Source of the DNA: Chrysomallon squamiferum
Taxonomy: Eukaryota > Animalia > Mollusca
Direction: 5' to 3'
Assembly: GCA_012295275.1 (NCBI GenBank)
Contig: CM022666.1
Span: forward strand, 13,144,001 to 13,208,000
Length of the DNA: 64,000 bases
The translations under genes and the position numbers were made by a program. This document shows, piece after piece, positions 27,140 through 43,499 of the stretch. Position 1 is the first letter of the stretch, and each line of letters opens with the position of its first letter. Under the pieces are notes generated by a model. The model did no database searches and was not told the origin of the DNA. It saw only the letters and a list, made by a program, of their open reading frames with translations.

Positions 27140-27800
27140 ATGGCGCAAAATTATTTTCTCGGTTAAGACGGAGTCACGCCATGTGAAGATGTATTATTTT
27201 CCCAGCGCTGGACGAGTAAGTGTAATTACTGATAGGCAAAGAATCACGAGGTTCATTTCTGCTCACCGGAAATGCGGTCCTGTTTGTACCGGAAGTCGTC
27301 TGATTGTCAGGAAATGTCCACCGCGAGCTGCTTATTTGAAAATGGCGACTTTGCAAGGGTCGAATTACCAGCAGTGCACGTAACAAACCTCGCCTATAAA
27401 GAGATCGATTAAAATTAATATACGCGAATGCGAGGCGGGCACTCGTTCGACGTAAATGCTGTATGGCATTTTAATGCTCCCAATCTGGAGAAATGCTCGT
27501 AACGTCACCTCCAATCTTCAAGGTCTGAACACTTGAAAGAGAATACGGATTAAGCCGACTTAAAATAGTTTCGGCAGACGAAACCTGATTCTCGATGTCG
27601 CAAGTCATTTTATTTTTAAACAATAAGCGCTTTGGGATAGCCATGCAATCCGTCCTCCATGTGTATCCACGTAACGACCCCAGTCGTCAAGGGCACCTGA
27701 GGTTAAATACAGGATTTTTTTTTTGAGTCGTGTCTCGTATGCAGCAGACACGCTGCTATGAAACTGATCATTTCTGAGAAAGGTAATAACGCATCTCGTT
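27140..27800. promoter_or_regulatory. CpG-rich promoter-like island without an ORF
   Basis: ETS sites ACCGGAAAT (27265) and ACCGGAAGT (27288), YY1-type AAAATGGCG (27339), TATAAA (27395), high CpG density. Confidence 0.4.
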
Positions 27801-28176
27801 CTCCGATTTTTACTGTCAGTGATCTGTGTGTTGTTTTCTAATGCTTACTCAGTTCATTACACAACAAAAACACTGAAATGATTTGTCAATAGCTGTAGCA
27901 TGTGCTGTACTGTGTATGGGAAGCTACATATGAAATAAATTATTTGCTAATTAGTTTATTAATAGTAATAATAATACAACAACAACAGCTATTACTACTA
28001 CTACAGCAACTACAGCTTCTGCTACTACTGCTATTACTACTTCTACCACTATTACAACAACTACTATCATTACTATTACACAGCTACTACTGGCAATATT
28101 ATTATCTTCCAAAAGTGAAATAAAATAAAACATTGCCAGAAAATCATGTTTTAATAATAATAATAATAATAATAAT

Positions 28177-28210
<34 letters not shown>

Positions 28211-28344
28211 GCAATAATAAAGATGATGATATTTTATCATATTAATGAAGTACTGAATAAAAACTCGATCAGTAATATCGACGATTTATTTAAAATTTAT
28301 TGGGCAGTTTGTAACATCAATAATTTTTGTATGTTTGAATCTCT

Positions 28345-28375
<31 letters not shown>

Positions 28376-29286
28376 CGCACACACGTTTTACAAACAGCTA
28401 CTGTCAATAATCAGAAGAACAGCGAAGTGGCGAGATTACAGAAATTCGGTCTTAATAAAAATATTTAAAAATAAAAAAAGAAGAAAAAATTTCGTATAAT
28501 TGCAGCAGCGTTGTTGAAACGACACCGACGTCTGAAGGACGCCGCTGTGAGTGCTGACGTCGTTGTTCTCGCTGACACTTCTCTCTGTTTCTCCCGCAGC
28601 GAGAGGCGGGCACTCCTTGTCAGCCTGTTTCCGACATCACTTCTCAAAACCAAACGAACGAGAAACGAACACATCAACAGGGCAGCCATTGCTGTCGTTC
28701 TCACGTCTGCCTTTCAAACCGAACGTAATCAGTGCAGAAATCGGCGTAGGCACGAACTCAGCGTTATATATATTCTAGACACCCAAGCTTTATTTATTAT
28801 AATTTTTTTTTTTTTATATCTCTCTCTTTCTTTGTCTTGTGATAAAAGATCAGCTTTTAATGGATGATCAGCTAGTTATAGGACTGTGCGATCCTTTTTT
28901 TTTTTTTTTTTTTTAATTTAAAATTCTATTCACGTCTTTCAAATTCGAGGATAAATCTTTTGGTGGTTTTAAAATTAAAGTTAGATTGTTGGGCTTAACG
29001 GCAGGAGTAGAACTCGTTTATTTTCTGTAGTCGGCCATTGCACGTCAACGTTTTTCTAATTCTGATACATGAACTTCAGCTGAAGTTACATTTGTTTTGT
29101 TTAATGACAGCTTTAGAGTGCATTAATTTTATTTATTTATTTATTTATCTATTTATTTATTGTTGTTGTTGTTGTTTTTTTCATTGTTCTCGTTAATTAT
29201 TATGTTATTATTTCATTGTTATTATTTCATTGTTATTATTATTATTATTATCATTGTCATTGTTATTATTATTATTATTATTATTA

Positions 29287-29322
<36 letters not shown>

Positions 29323-29542
29323 GATATTATTATTATTATTATTATTATCTTTCATACGAAAAAGGAACGCATGAGCAATGGGCATTTATGTGACGTCACG
29401 GGGGTAATAGCTCAACCAATCGAATCAAAGGTTCTTAAATCCACGTGATGTGATACACACGCCTTTCTTGAGTCCAGAAACCAAAAACATGGACTGTAAG
29501 ATATAAACCAGCAGCTATACAATAAAAAAACTAACCTGTGTC

Positions 29543-29573
<31 letters not shown>

Positions 29574-29685
29574 TACAAGGAGTATTTTAATCTAACTAAA
29601 TATAATCCCATTCAAAAGACTATAATTATATTTGATCAGTGACCGAAATTGCAGAAATGTATCTTGTTACTATTTATAGTGATTA

Positions 29686-29770
<85 letters not shown>

Positions 29771-31266
29771 CAGACAGATCACTCGCTCTGCACACATGGC
29801 CAGTATTAAATACATCCTTTTATCTACGCCGGCCGCAAACCACGCGGTCATAAATACCGGCTTAAATATTCCTTATTTGTCCGCAGAGACGCGCGTATTA
29901 CAATTAACAGACACACTGGTCTTTTGTATTCATGCAGCGTCGATTCGGGTGCACACGAGTTCAGCGTTTATTCCCACAACGGTATTTTTTTTTATTAAAA
30001 ACTTGCTACAGACATCGTGGTATTTTTATTAAACTACCGTATTTGGTGAATGAGAAGCGCGAGGTATGTGCCAAACTGTTTCGTTTTTTTGATAAATAAA
30101 AAGAGTTTTGAGTTTGAAAATGAAGGACTGCGTGCTGGTAGTTGTGATAATGAAGATGTCGGTGATGACGTTGCTGATGTAGAGAAGCAAGGAGGAGGGG
30201 TGTTTTTCAAACGATGGTTGTGGTTGTAGACGATGACGATAATGATGTGTAAGAGATGATATGTAATTACTGAAGTTTGTGTGTATGTGTGTTATTATAT
30301 ATTTATGTATGAATGTATGTATGTATGTACGTTTGCATGTATGTGTATATGTGTATATATGTATATTTGCGTGTATGTATATGTGTATGTATGTGCATAA
30401 GTATGTACATATATACGCAGTTTTGTATGAATGTATATATAGGTATTTATGTTTGTTTAATTATATATGCACACATACACATGTACATACGTATAGATAT
30501 ATATACAGATAGCTAAACATGTACATCAACAGTAGATTAACAATCCATCCATCCATCCATCCATCCTGTGAACATTATTTATTCATTCATCCAACCGTCC
30601 GTTCATGCGTTGTTCACCGAGATGTAACAGTTCGACAAAGAAAAGATAAACGTCCAATTATTGACAGTGGTTCCCCCGGGGGTCGTGTTACAGCCTCGAA
30701 TCACAGCACATGAGTGAGTACAAGTAGGCGGCCAGGCATTATTTATCTTGGGCATACATAGACTGTAATGACTTGGTAACCGTCTGGAGAGACGTTATTA
30801 CTTATCTCGCTGCCACGACGTCAGATGTGATCAAGCAGTTCGCGTCTCTCCGCAGTTTGCACCGCTACTAAACGGTGAACTGGTTCTCCCAGCCTGCTGC
30901 AGACCGCAGTCGGGCCAGTCTATTCAGACACCGTGTCGTGTACTAAGTTTTTTATTTGTTTGTTTGTTTAGTTGTTTATTTATTTTTATATTGATTTAGT
31001 TAGTTCGTTAGTTAGTTAGTTAGTTAATCAGTTGGTTTGTTTTGTTTATTAAGTGTGAATTTACAGCAATACGGATTCATGACTGCAGTGAAGTTACCAT
31101 GCTGTAAACAGTGTGGGTTTTTTTCTAATAATTTATTTATTTATTTAATTTAATTTATTTGTTTTTTTTTTTTATTTTTTTTTTTCTACCAAATTTACCA
31201 GGTTTTTTTATGTTCTTAATAATGTTTTATTTTTATTTCTTTTTTTTTATTTTTTAATTTACTTAT

Positions 31267-31302
<36 letters not shown>

Positions 31303-31399
31303 TTGTTTTCTTTTTTTTTTTTTGGTTGTTTCTTCTTTTTTTTTTATTAAATTTAACATTAATGAAGTTTGCTTGATAAAGTTCATGTGAATTTACATT

Positions 31400-31532
31400 A
31401 GTATTTTACTACTAGTATAACTGCATCTATTACTCCTGCTACTACTATTAGTACTACTATTACTGCTACTACTAATAAGACTAAAACTGCTATTACTGGT
31501 ACCATTGCTGGTACCGTTGCTACTACTATTAT

Positions 31533-31577
<45 letters not shown>

Positions 31578-31925
31578 CACTGCTATCACTACTACTGTCG
31601 TTACTACTATTACTACTACTACTGCTGCTATCATTACTGCTTTTACTACTACTACCACCACTGTCGAAACTACTACTACTATTACCACAACTGTTACTAC
31701 TACTACCACAACTGTTACTACTACTACCGCTACTACTACCACCGCAACCATTACAGCAGCTGCTATAATTAGGTCCATTTATGTTTTTGTTATTGTTGTA
31801 CTTAGCGTTATTATTAGTGGTAGTAGTAGCAGTAGTAGTAATACAGTAATATTATCATCAACATCGACAACAAAAAATAATAATAATAATAATAATAATA
31901 ATACTACTACTATTATTATTATTAT

Positions 31926-32010
<85 letters not shown>
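31400..32010. repeat. (TAC/ACT)n and (TAT)n trinucleotide microsatellite field
   Basis: Direct inspection. Confidence 0.9.
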
Positions 32011-32013
<3 letters not shown>

Positions 32014-32771
32014 TGCTGAAGGCAATTTATATTAATTCAGCGACATGCGTCCCATAACTCGGAACATTAAGCACGCGGAGGCAGCCATTTTCACGTGCAG
32101 ACTAACGAAGGAAAACACTTGTTTCTAAATAGGCCTCATTACGTGCAGCAATAGCTAATTAAGCTGTACAGGTAATCGCCGGTAACCGACGTGAAGTTAT
32201 TGATTCAGTCGACATCGCTTGATGCTCATTAGCCTTCGTATGGGAGATAATTATCAATGAAATCGGATATTTAGCGGCTATGAGAATTGTGGGAAGAGAC
32301 CTGACGAATACCGCAAAATGCGGCGAAAAATCGGGAAGATGCGTTTTGTTAGAAATCTTGAAATTTGATATCTGCAAGAATAATAATAATAATAAATAAG
32401 ATAAAATACATGAAATGAGATGAATGAATGAATACATAATAAATAAATAAATAGATAGACAAATAAATATTAAAATAAATAAATAAATAAATGAATAAAT
32501 AAAATAATAGAGGATGCAATAAAATTAAATGTTTTAAGTGTTAAGGTAGACTCATATGCAAGGAATGAGAATTCAGGATTTAGAACATCTCTAGTTTAAA
32601 GCTAATTTTCTTTTAAAGAAATCAAATAAATGATTATGGATGAAGTATGAGTTAAAACTCTTAGAAGCTATCGACAAGATCTTAGTATTTTAGCCCACTA
32701 ATACTCTATAATATCAGAACTATGCGTATGTCCCATATGCATGTATCTATATCTTCATGTGCGTTTGTTTG

Positions 32772-32867
<96 letters not shown>

Positions 32868-33970
32868 TCTCTCGTTCTCATTCTCTCTGTCTCTCATCAA
32901 CATGATCATATAAAAATCAGTAAATAGTAAAACTTGTTAATGTCCTTGAATTAATACTCTCCTGATATAAACAAATAAATAAATAAATAAATAAACAAAT
33001 AAATAAATAGATAAATAAATAAATAAATAGATCTATCTGTCTATAGGAATAAGCAGATAAATAAATCGTTTACTCACACTAAATTACAGACCACTGCAAA
33101 GCTATTGACTTAAATAATGAATAATCTCAACTTGCGACAGCCATCAACAAAATTATTAATAAACGTCACATAAAGGTTAAAAAAAAAAAAAAAAAAAAAC
33201 TCCCATACTGATTTTTTTTTTTTTTTTTATCAAAGAGTTGACGGAAATGGGAAACATTTTTATGTTACTCGGATACAAATAACAATCACCATTTCATGCA
33301 TAAATAATAACCGGACTCCAAACGGCTATTTCATCTGATAGTTATCGTTAGCAGAAGCGCGTCGGCAGCCGCCATTTTGTCGTATTGTGCTGTAATTCCG
33401 AAATGGGTCATGTGATATTAATTTTGCCGTTGTCCGGTTAATAGCCTCCTGTGAAAAGTAACGCGTTAAATGGTTTTTCTTGAACGTGTGTTTCGGTACA
33501 AAACACGATAATTGGTTTTACGGATTTTTCTAAACGCACTTAAATATTTATTATAATGCGTACAAAATATGCATTAAAAATGCAGCAGGTTCATTTGTGT
33601 CGGCTGTTATGAGTTAATTATAGGAAACAGGTTGACATCAGCCGAAGGTTTACTCACCTTTGTGCAGTTCACACAACAACGGGCATTGTCATTGTCAGTG
33701 CGTTAGTGCTGGTATGTTGATTCGTGGTATGTTAGTATGTTAGTGTTGGCGTGTCAGTGTCAGTATGTTAGTGCCATTATGTTAGTGTTAGTATAGAATT
33801 GGTGTCAGTGTTGGTTTGTTAGTGCCGTTATGTTAATATTAGAATGGTAGTGTTAGTATTCTATGGTGTTAGTTTGTTAGATGGTTAGTTAGAGGAAACA
33901 TGCCGCAACTGTCTTGTAATCGCCAGATTATTTCTACTTAGAACAGCAGTATTTATTATTATTATTATTG

Positions 33971-34017
<47 letters not shown>

Positions 34018-34375
34018 TTTCTTTTCTTTTTTTTTTCTTTCTTTTTTATTGAAATTATTTTCTTTTTTCTTTTTTTTCTTGTTGTTTTTGGGTTATTTTT
34101 ATTTTTATTTTTATTTTTTTTTTCCCAGTGTTATATATAAAAATATAACTTGTGCACCCTTGAAGATGACGCAAAACGAACACTTGGATCTGTTGACCTA
34201 TTTGCACCAGCGGAGATGGAGCAAAGACCGGAAACAACGGGTCTTACGATCCAGTGACATTTAAAAATGGAGGACGGTTTCTTCTTCTTTCTAATTAGCA
34301 GCAAACAGGAAATTCCTTCAGATTTGATTTCACATTGAAAATAGCAGCTAATTTGACTGAATATGTCAAAAAGAT

Positions 34376-34414
<39 letters not shown>

Positions 34415-34601
34415 GCGCACGCACACGTCTATGTAATATTTGTATGAATGTACGTACGAATGTATCTTACAAATGAATAAACGAGTGAATGAATGAATCA
34501 ATAAGCGAATAAATGGATTAATGAATAAATGAATGAATGAATAAATAAATAAATTCACGAACCAGTACTACTGAAGCAAACATATCTAGATTTGCCACAA
34601 C

Positions 34602-34636
<35 letters not shown>

Positions 34637-35014
34637 TATTACAAAATTAAATCGCGAAGAATTCGTAACAACCCCAAATTACTATGTTTAAAATAGAAAC
34701 AAATAGTTCCAGGTTAGTTTCAATTTATTCTGTCGAAAGTTAATGCTGTGTTAACATTGGAATTGCGACCGGTATCTGAACTGGCGCTGCATAATGACTT
34801 CGTATCAGGCGATTTCTTGCGATGATTCTCGATCTTTGTCGAAATTAACCGATTAAGGCAGAGGAATTTTGACAATGCGTCATTCAAAAAATGTTGGATA
34901 TCCCCCCTTTTTTTTTCTTCAAAAATGTATTTATTTATTTATTTAATAATAATATTAATTTATTATTTATTATAATATTAATAATATTATTATTATTATA
35001 ATTAATTAATATAT

Positions 35015-35053
<39 letters not shown>

Positions 35054-35060
35054 CTAAGAG

Positions 35061-35103
<43 letters not shown>

Positions 35104-37147
35104 AAAAAAAATTTGAAATGGCATTTGGTTTGTAACTTAACCGTGTTTCGTAACAAAACGGACTCTGTTCTGTGTTAGTAAATTAGTAAGTTATTTATTA
35201 TTTTTCTGTCGTTTATTATTACTGGTCTTAAGCTCTATAGGATCACCAGAGCTCGAGGTAAAAACATAACATGACATGACATGATACACCATAGCATAAT
35301 ATAGAGTATAAAGGAAAAAAATAAAGAAAAGAAAGGAAGAAACCAACAACTGTAATAAGAATCACATCAACCACAACAATTAAGAGAAAAACAACTGGAC
35401 TCAATAACAAAAAAAATAAAATAATAATAATAATAAATAAAAAATAACAGGAATTTTTTTTTAATATCGAGTGAAAACGAACCATCGACTTTGAAGACTT
35501 CTCTTTTTTTACTGGATCTCAGAACTGAAGTAAACACCAAGATTCGAACCGACAACCTCAAAGACCAACTCACTGACCAAGATTTTCTCAGACGGAGATG
35601 ACAGCTTTGCGGCACTTCGTGTTTGTTCGTAACGACCTCATCATAATGGTCGGACGACGAGGGGAACGGGAAATTCACACATAAAGGTTTGGCCAGGAAA
35701 TAGAAGACTTGTTTAAGTGACTGGCATTTCAATTGTGTTTCTCACAGAGAGAATTAATAAGGAAATCTAAGGCCCGGAAGAACAGGCGACCTTATTACAC
35801 CCAAACTGCACGCGAGACGTTGTCTTCCGCCAGTGCGTGCGCATTCCCGAAATCTCCTAGACAACGATATTACTACGCAGTTGTAAGAAGTGCATAAAAA
35901 CCGTCAGTCATCTGTGAGTGATGTGAAGCTGGATCGCATCGTCTTATCTGCTGGTATTTAAACATAACTAATCTGGAAGACGTAGGACAAACACACGCTT
36001 GATTTGTAAAAATAACCCTTTCTTCTATAAAACTTTAAACTGTCATTTAAAACTGTATTCGGTTGATAATTCTGGATTACTTTTTGGCGAACCCCAAGAC
36101 ATTTGTACTTAGATTATAACCATGTAACTGAATGATGACAAAAGTAACCGGATCGAGCGTAAATTTACACTGAATTACGTACAAGGTGCTGACAATAAAT
36201 TACGTATAGAGGAATCTGTTTTAGCTGAGATGTCAAGAGTGATGGCTACTGTAGAACGAAATCTCTTTTTCTCCGGGTTACTAAATGTCTTTTCATGGTG
36301 ATTTCCTGTCCAACAGAAGGTGTATATGTAAAACACCAGTTTGATGCTAATATCAAACAGTGCAGCAGATTAGGTTTGAAGACTTCAGCTGCGTCTGAAA
36401 TTACAAAATGTTTGATACCAGGGTAGATTATATGATCAAAGTCAATTTGTTCAGGTGTTAAACTTAAAGAAATTTAAACGTTAAATCTGTCAGCACATGA
36501 TAATTAATCTTGTTTGTCTTTATTTAACTCAACATTGTTTCGTCTAAATTTTATTTTTTTATATTTATTATTTTTCTCCACATCTCCTTAATTAATTCTT
36601 TCTTCGATAACGAATAAAACAACGTCTAAAGCAACAATAAACACCATTTGGTCATTAACTCACAAAACTGTTCAAACTTCTTTTTATTTTCTAAGACACA
36701 CAGACCATTTTCTTCATTTCTGAAAACAATCCGGCTTGAGTCAGAAATAAAACAAAAAAAACACAGAACTCGATTCGCAGCCAGCCAGTTAGCCAACCCC
36801 TCGCACAGCGAGAGCCGGATGTGGTGTGACATTTCTTCCTTCGCGCTGCAAAGAGTCTTCTTCCGCACATGCGATTCCTTCCTTCGAAGCGAGAGCACCA
36901 CTCCGCGAGATCAGCGAATCAATAATTAAAACGCCGTTGTGGACTGACGAGGCGTGGCAGCAGGCACGTCAACGTGTGCCGGGTAATCGTCGCTGACGGG
37001 TCGAGGTACTTTAAACGACACCGGCAACAGAGGAGCTCGTCTTTAGTGTCTGCGACGACGTTAGCAGTGAAATTATTCATTCGGTCTTCTTTTTAATTAC
37101 TGACAGCTTCTCGCTTGTTATACTGATCATGTCGCGCATTATTATTT

Positions 37148-37187
<40 letters not shown>

Positions 37188-38075
37188 TGATGATGATGAT
37201 GATAATGATAATAATAATAAGAAGAAGAGCAGCAGCAACAACAACAATGATGATGATGATAATGATAATGATAATAATAATAAAGAAGAATAATGATAAT
37301 GATCGTAATGATAACAGTAATAACAAGTATGATAATGAAAGTGACATTAAAAGTAACAATAAGAATAACTAAAAAAATCAACAAGAAAAAATAATAATGG
37401 CAAAGACAATAACAAAATAAATCTGTTACTACTACTACCACCACCTCTACTATTGCTTACTACTACCACTGCTATAACTAATACTAGTATTACTACTGCT
37501 ACTACTATAACTACCATTGCTTCCTACTACTTCTGCTATAACTACTACTACCACTATTATTACTAAAATAATATTTTTACATATTTAATATTTACTGACA
37601 TTTTTTCAAACACATTCATATACACACACTCACCTTCCAACCCAGCACCTACCTACAAAACATACACCACACACACATAAATTCATATTTATACATAATT
37701 ACCTTTGTCTTGTTTGTGCACCAAGTTTTAATCCAGTGCTTTTACCGAGTCCTCAGATTCTCACATTAACGCTTTCCTGTGCGTCTGTCTCAGTGAGATT
37801 TTATATTGCGAGGACTTCAGCCTGTAGCTGTAAACAACGCACACTAACTTTTCTCGTTAATTCGCCATGATCGTTAAAAACAGCGACCAGGTCAAGATCA
37901 CCTAGTAGAGAACTGAATGAAAAACAAAACATTTTAATCTTTTTCTTTTTTTTGAACTACGTTTTAATCCTGAGGACATTGAATCTAGGCAGAGACGTAA
38001 ATATTGTTTGATGCCGACCGTAGAATATAAATAGTCATACTATATATATATATATACACACACGTACATAAATAC

Positions 38076-38077
<2 letters not shown>

Positions 38078-38160
<83 letters not shown>
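38078..38160. repeat. (GA)n microsatellite
   Basis: Direct inspection. Confidence 0.95.
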
Positions 38161-38164
<4 letters not shown>

Positions 38165-38608
38165 AAACCAGCTAATAAAATATAAGCCTTTGATGCTACC
38201 AAGAATAAGGTTTCAAACGTTATGACGTCAGTACGATTTAAACGATTATGACGTCATTGCTTGACAACATGTGTATCAATGAGGAACAGTATTTCTGCAG
38301 CGATGTAAATGTCTTGACTTCGGTTTCTGAAAGGTAAGTGTGAACTTTTTCATTGTAATATTAAAATAAAACATTGAATTTGTATTGTCACAAATAGCTT
38401 TTATTTGGTTGTTTTTTGTATGCTTGTTTGTTTGTTTTTTTTGTTTGTTTTTTTCAATTTTTGTTTCTTTGTGGGGAGTTGGGTTTGTGTGTTATATTTT
38501 TATTTCTTTTTGTTTTTTTATAGACGTATATGTCTTGTAATATACTTGTATATATATATATATATATATATATAAATGTGTGAATGCATGTTGTATGTTA
38601 TTGTACGC

Positions 38609-38682
<74 letters not shown>

Positions 38683-39353
38683 AGTTACAAAAAGTACAGA
38701 GACACACAAAGAAAGAGAAAGAAAATTCGACAGGCAAATAGAGAGAAACGACACAAATTAGAAACTAAATATTAAAATATTTGTAACACTGTTAAATTTC
38801 AGCCTGTTCGGACTGGCCCCAGTGTTTGAAGACTGAACTTGATTTACACGTTGTTGATGACGTATTAGGTGTAATTCGGGCTTGTTAAATTGGCTTGTTC
38901 ATGCGTGCATATTCCGCCTAAGTAAGAAGAGAAAATAACACTTGTGAAGTAGACAGAGAGGAAAAATAGCCTCACTGAGAACAGAAAACTAACACAGGCT
39001 GAAAAAAACAGAAGAAAAAGAGTAAAATTAACAGCCTGTTTACATGACGGTTTTTGTTTTTTTGTTTTTTAAAAAAAGGAATAATTTCTCTAAAATGAAG
39101 TCAGGAGGAAATTCATTCACAAATCACAAATCGCTTTCAAGTAGTTTTTGCTCTTTTTTTTTTTTCTTTTCTTAATCATGAAACAAACATAAAATAAAAT
39201 AGAATGAAATGAAGTAAAATAAAATAACTTCAAACACTTTACAAATGAATGAAAGAATAAATAAATACAGAATTTTTTGTTTACAAGTTGTTGTAGTAGT
39301 ATTAATAGAAGAGATATTTCATTTTATGACATTCTACGCTTAGAATTACGCCT

Positions 39354-39642
<289 letters not shown>

Positions 39643-40458
39643 GGATTGATCATGCAGAATGTCACACATCAGGTCGAGTTCCTGCCTACTGTTACAAAAT
39701 GTTTACTACATAATATTTAAAATGTCGCAGTTAAATACTGTTTTAGTTTAGACAAATCAACGTATTTTTGTTGTTGTTAACGTTTTATTATTATTATTAT
39801 TATGATTACTATTATTATTATTATTATTGTTATGGTTATTGTTACTATCATTATTATTATTATTGTTATTGCTATTATTATCATTAAAGTTGTTGTTGTT
39901 ATTATTGTTATTGCTGTTATTATCATTATTGTTATTCTTATTATTACATTTACTATTATTATTATTACTATTTTATTATTATTATTATTATTATTATTGT
40001 TATTGTTATTATTATTATTATTATTATTGTAGGTGTTGTTGTTGTTGTTGTTGTTATTGCCTGAGTCCAGTCTCCGATCACAACAGCTATTATTACACTG
40101 CACTGAAACCACCCTGACAAAGTAGCTAGGCCAATGTGTCTCAAATTACTCTCAAGTCTGGCCACATCGATGAAACAGAAGAGAAAAATGTGCTTCATTT
40201 GACAAGATAATAGTGACCTCTGGCATTCAATTTGACCTCTTTACTTTTACACCAGCGGCGAAGAAAATAAATTAGAGGAAAATCTTTAGGAAAAGTGCTT
40301 GGGTGATGACCTCGATGCAAACTGAAAGTTTACCGAAACGCTAATGTAAAAGTAATAAAGGCAATGAATGAATAAATGAATGAATGAAATAAACAAAAAC
40401 ATTAATAAAATACAATAAATAAATAATAAAAAAATAAGTATATGTACATCTGAGGTAG

Positions 40459-40521
<63 letters not shown>

Positions 40522-41206
40522 AAGAAGAAGAAGAAGAAGAAAACGCCACATGAAAATGAAAACAAAAGAAAACAATAATAGTCGCAATAATGTTAGCTGT
40601 AAAATCAGCAACAACAACATCAACAATAATAAATAAATAAATAAATAAATACACAAACAAACAACAAACTAACAACAAACATGCAACAAAGAAAGAACGA
40701 AAATAAATACTAAAATAAATAAATGACGTCACGGCAACTAAGCAATCATTGAGTGGACTTTACCAATTTACCGTGTCGAGGATTTTTCTCTGCGGTGTCG
40801 AACTCTCGTTTAAGAACGTTCTATTCGCCACTTAAGATCTTCTTGTCATAAATCTCTTGCTGACAGACTTGTCAATAAGACACTTTATCTCTTCTTGGCA
40901 AATCTGTCAATATGGCCAAAGCAGCGTCCAGATTTAGTGAAACCACTATTGGCCAAATGTCAGATGTTAGGAAATGTTCACTGCCACAGCCCGGTAATTA
41001 GCAGAACTTGTAGGGTAGCGAAGACCGACGGTTTTGAAGGAGCAGACGAGCGCGCAGACGTCACATGAAACAAAAGCCCGCGAGAATTTAAAACACACAA
41101 GGTTCTAACGCGGCTTTTTTTTGTTTTTTTGTGTGTGTGTGTGTAATAGATGAAGTAAAGTAATCGTATTACTATAAATTAACTTTATTTCATTTTGGAG
41201 AGAGAG

Positions 41207-41318
<112 letters not shown>

Positions 41319-42234
41319 AACGAATTTAAAGTAAGAATAGGTATAGAGTTATGTGAGCAACTCCAATGACGTTGACAAAGAATAGATACAAAAACAACAA
41401 TTTCGTTTTGTTTCGGAGATACTTGTGTTTTTGTGTATATTGTTTTGTATACGTATAACTAACTGCACGTGACTTTATGTACATATTTGTGCGGGTGAAT
41501 ATATGTATGAATGTCTGTATGTTTGTATTTATAAATGTATGTGTGTGTCTGTGTGTACGTATGTATGTATATATGTATGTGTGTGTGTGTGTGTGTGTGT
41601 ATGTTTCTATGTCTTCGTACGTAAAAACTGTCTCCTTGATTTTGCCGAGAGCCAGTTGTCTTTATATTTTCAACCATTCGTGTTCTACGCATCTGAAATA
41701 AATTTACGACCTCGATCTCGCGCTTTTAAAAAGACTGCAGCAATTACAAAACTATTTTCTTTTTAAAAAAAAAACACTCGGCAAAGAACTTTTTAAGAGA
41801 TTAGATTACATCAGCTTATATCCGAACTTAATAAACATCAGGACATAAAGACAAAAACACGAAAAAGCTCTTTAAATAAAAAAAAAGAGAGAGAGAAAAA
41901 ATTATGTTTGACGTGTTCTCTGTCATGTCTTGTCCCGAAGCTTTCAGCCATTTTAATTGAGTCGGTCGCGTGACAGGCCGCCATTTTGTTTTTCTTTCGA
42001 CGACACTGGATAACGACTGTGCCAGGTGGACGATGAAGAAATGGACGTGGGACGCGGCGGTGACAAGAAGCAAATTATCTCCGTTTTTTCACACTTTGTT
42101 TTCTTAGGGAAAATGTCTGAACGTGGATGGAGCCGAGACACGCAAACTGTTTTACGCACATTTTTACCCGGTAGCGAAATCTCGACACAGATACAAGTGA
42201 CAGACAGGCATCATCATGTCTGTGATAGCCGCAG

Positions 42235-42265
<31 letters not shown>

Positions 42266-42410
42266 AACTTAGTGGCGTAAACAGTTGTGTGAAATAAGAA
42301 GAACAAGAAGAGAAAAGAAGAGAAAAATGACATTGTGTATGTGCAATATTGTATTTCGTTTATGGGATGTTTTCCAAGAAGTCCACAGATTTTCACGAAA
42401 CTTGCTACAA

Positions 42411-42547
42411 TTACTATTACTACTACTACTACTACTACAATACTACTACTACTACTACCGCTACTACTACTACAACTACTACCACTACTAGTACTACAAC
42501 AACTACTACTACCACTACTACTCCTATTACTACTACCACTACTACCA

Positions 42548-42578
<31 letters not shown>

Positions 42579-42593
42579 CACTACTACTACCAT

Positions 42594-42645
<52 letters not shown>

Positions 42646-43030
42646 GACTGCTGTTTCTATTACTACTATTACTATCGTTATAACTTCTACTACAATTATT
42701 GTTACTATCACTACTATATCTACTACTATTTCTATTACTACATCAATTTCCATTACTACTACCACTACTACCACGTCTACTTCTGTTAAAAGAAAAATGT
42801 CTTTCGCTACTGCTAACTACTTACATCTGGTACAACAACTACCACCATTACTACTACTGCTGCTGCTGCTACTACTACTACTACTACTACCTCTATTAAA
42901 TTAATACTCCCTCTTCTACTACTAGTAATACAACTACTACAGCAACAAAAACAAAAGCTCCTACTAATACTACTATTTCTACCACTACTACTACTATTAC
43001 GGCAACAACAACTAGAACTACTACTACTAT
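42411..43030. repeat. (TAC/ACC)n trinucleotide repeat field
   Basis: Direct inspection; source of the poly-T/L/S ORFs in the track. Confidence 0.9.
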
Positions 43031-43450
43031 TATCACCGAAATAATTCAACTATAAAATTTTAAGGTTTTACCTTTGGGCTACTAATCAACAACAAACTGC
43101 CGTTGTAAAACGTGTTTTTACTGAAATAGGAAACTGGTGGAAGCGTTAAAAACACTCAGATGTTTCTGTCAAACCCGATCTCCAAGGGAGGCAATTTGAT
43201 AGGTTACGGTCTATTAACTATTGATTTCGATAATTATAACATTATTACTGTTGTTGTTGTTGTTGTTGTTATTGATGATGTTGGTGGTGGTGGTGCTCTA
43301 TTTGTTGTTGTTCTTTTGATGAATAGAAATTGTAGACTGGTCTCATTGTAATATGCTATTATGTATCATGATTTATTGACATCTATTTAGGCATCATTAT
43401 GTAAAATTTTGATTAAATAAAAACTATTTTTCAAATTCTCAAGATCATAA

Positions 43451-43499
<49 letters not shown>

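Noticed and set aside
42214-43049. Long ORFs (186, 189 and 146 aa) of poly-S/L/T
   Set aside because: Translations of (TAC)n repeats; the same applies to most other ORFs in the track
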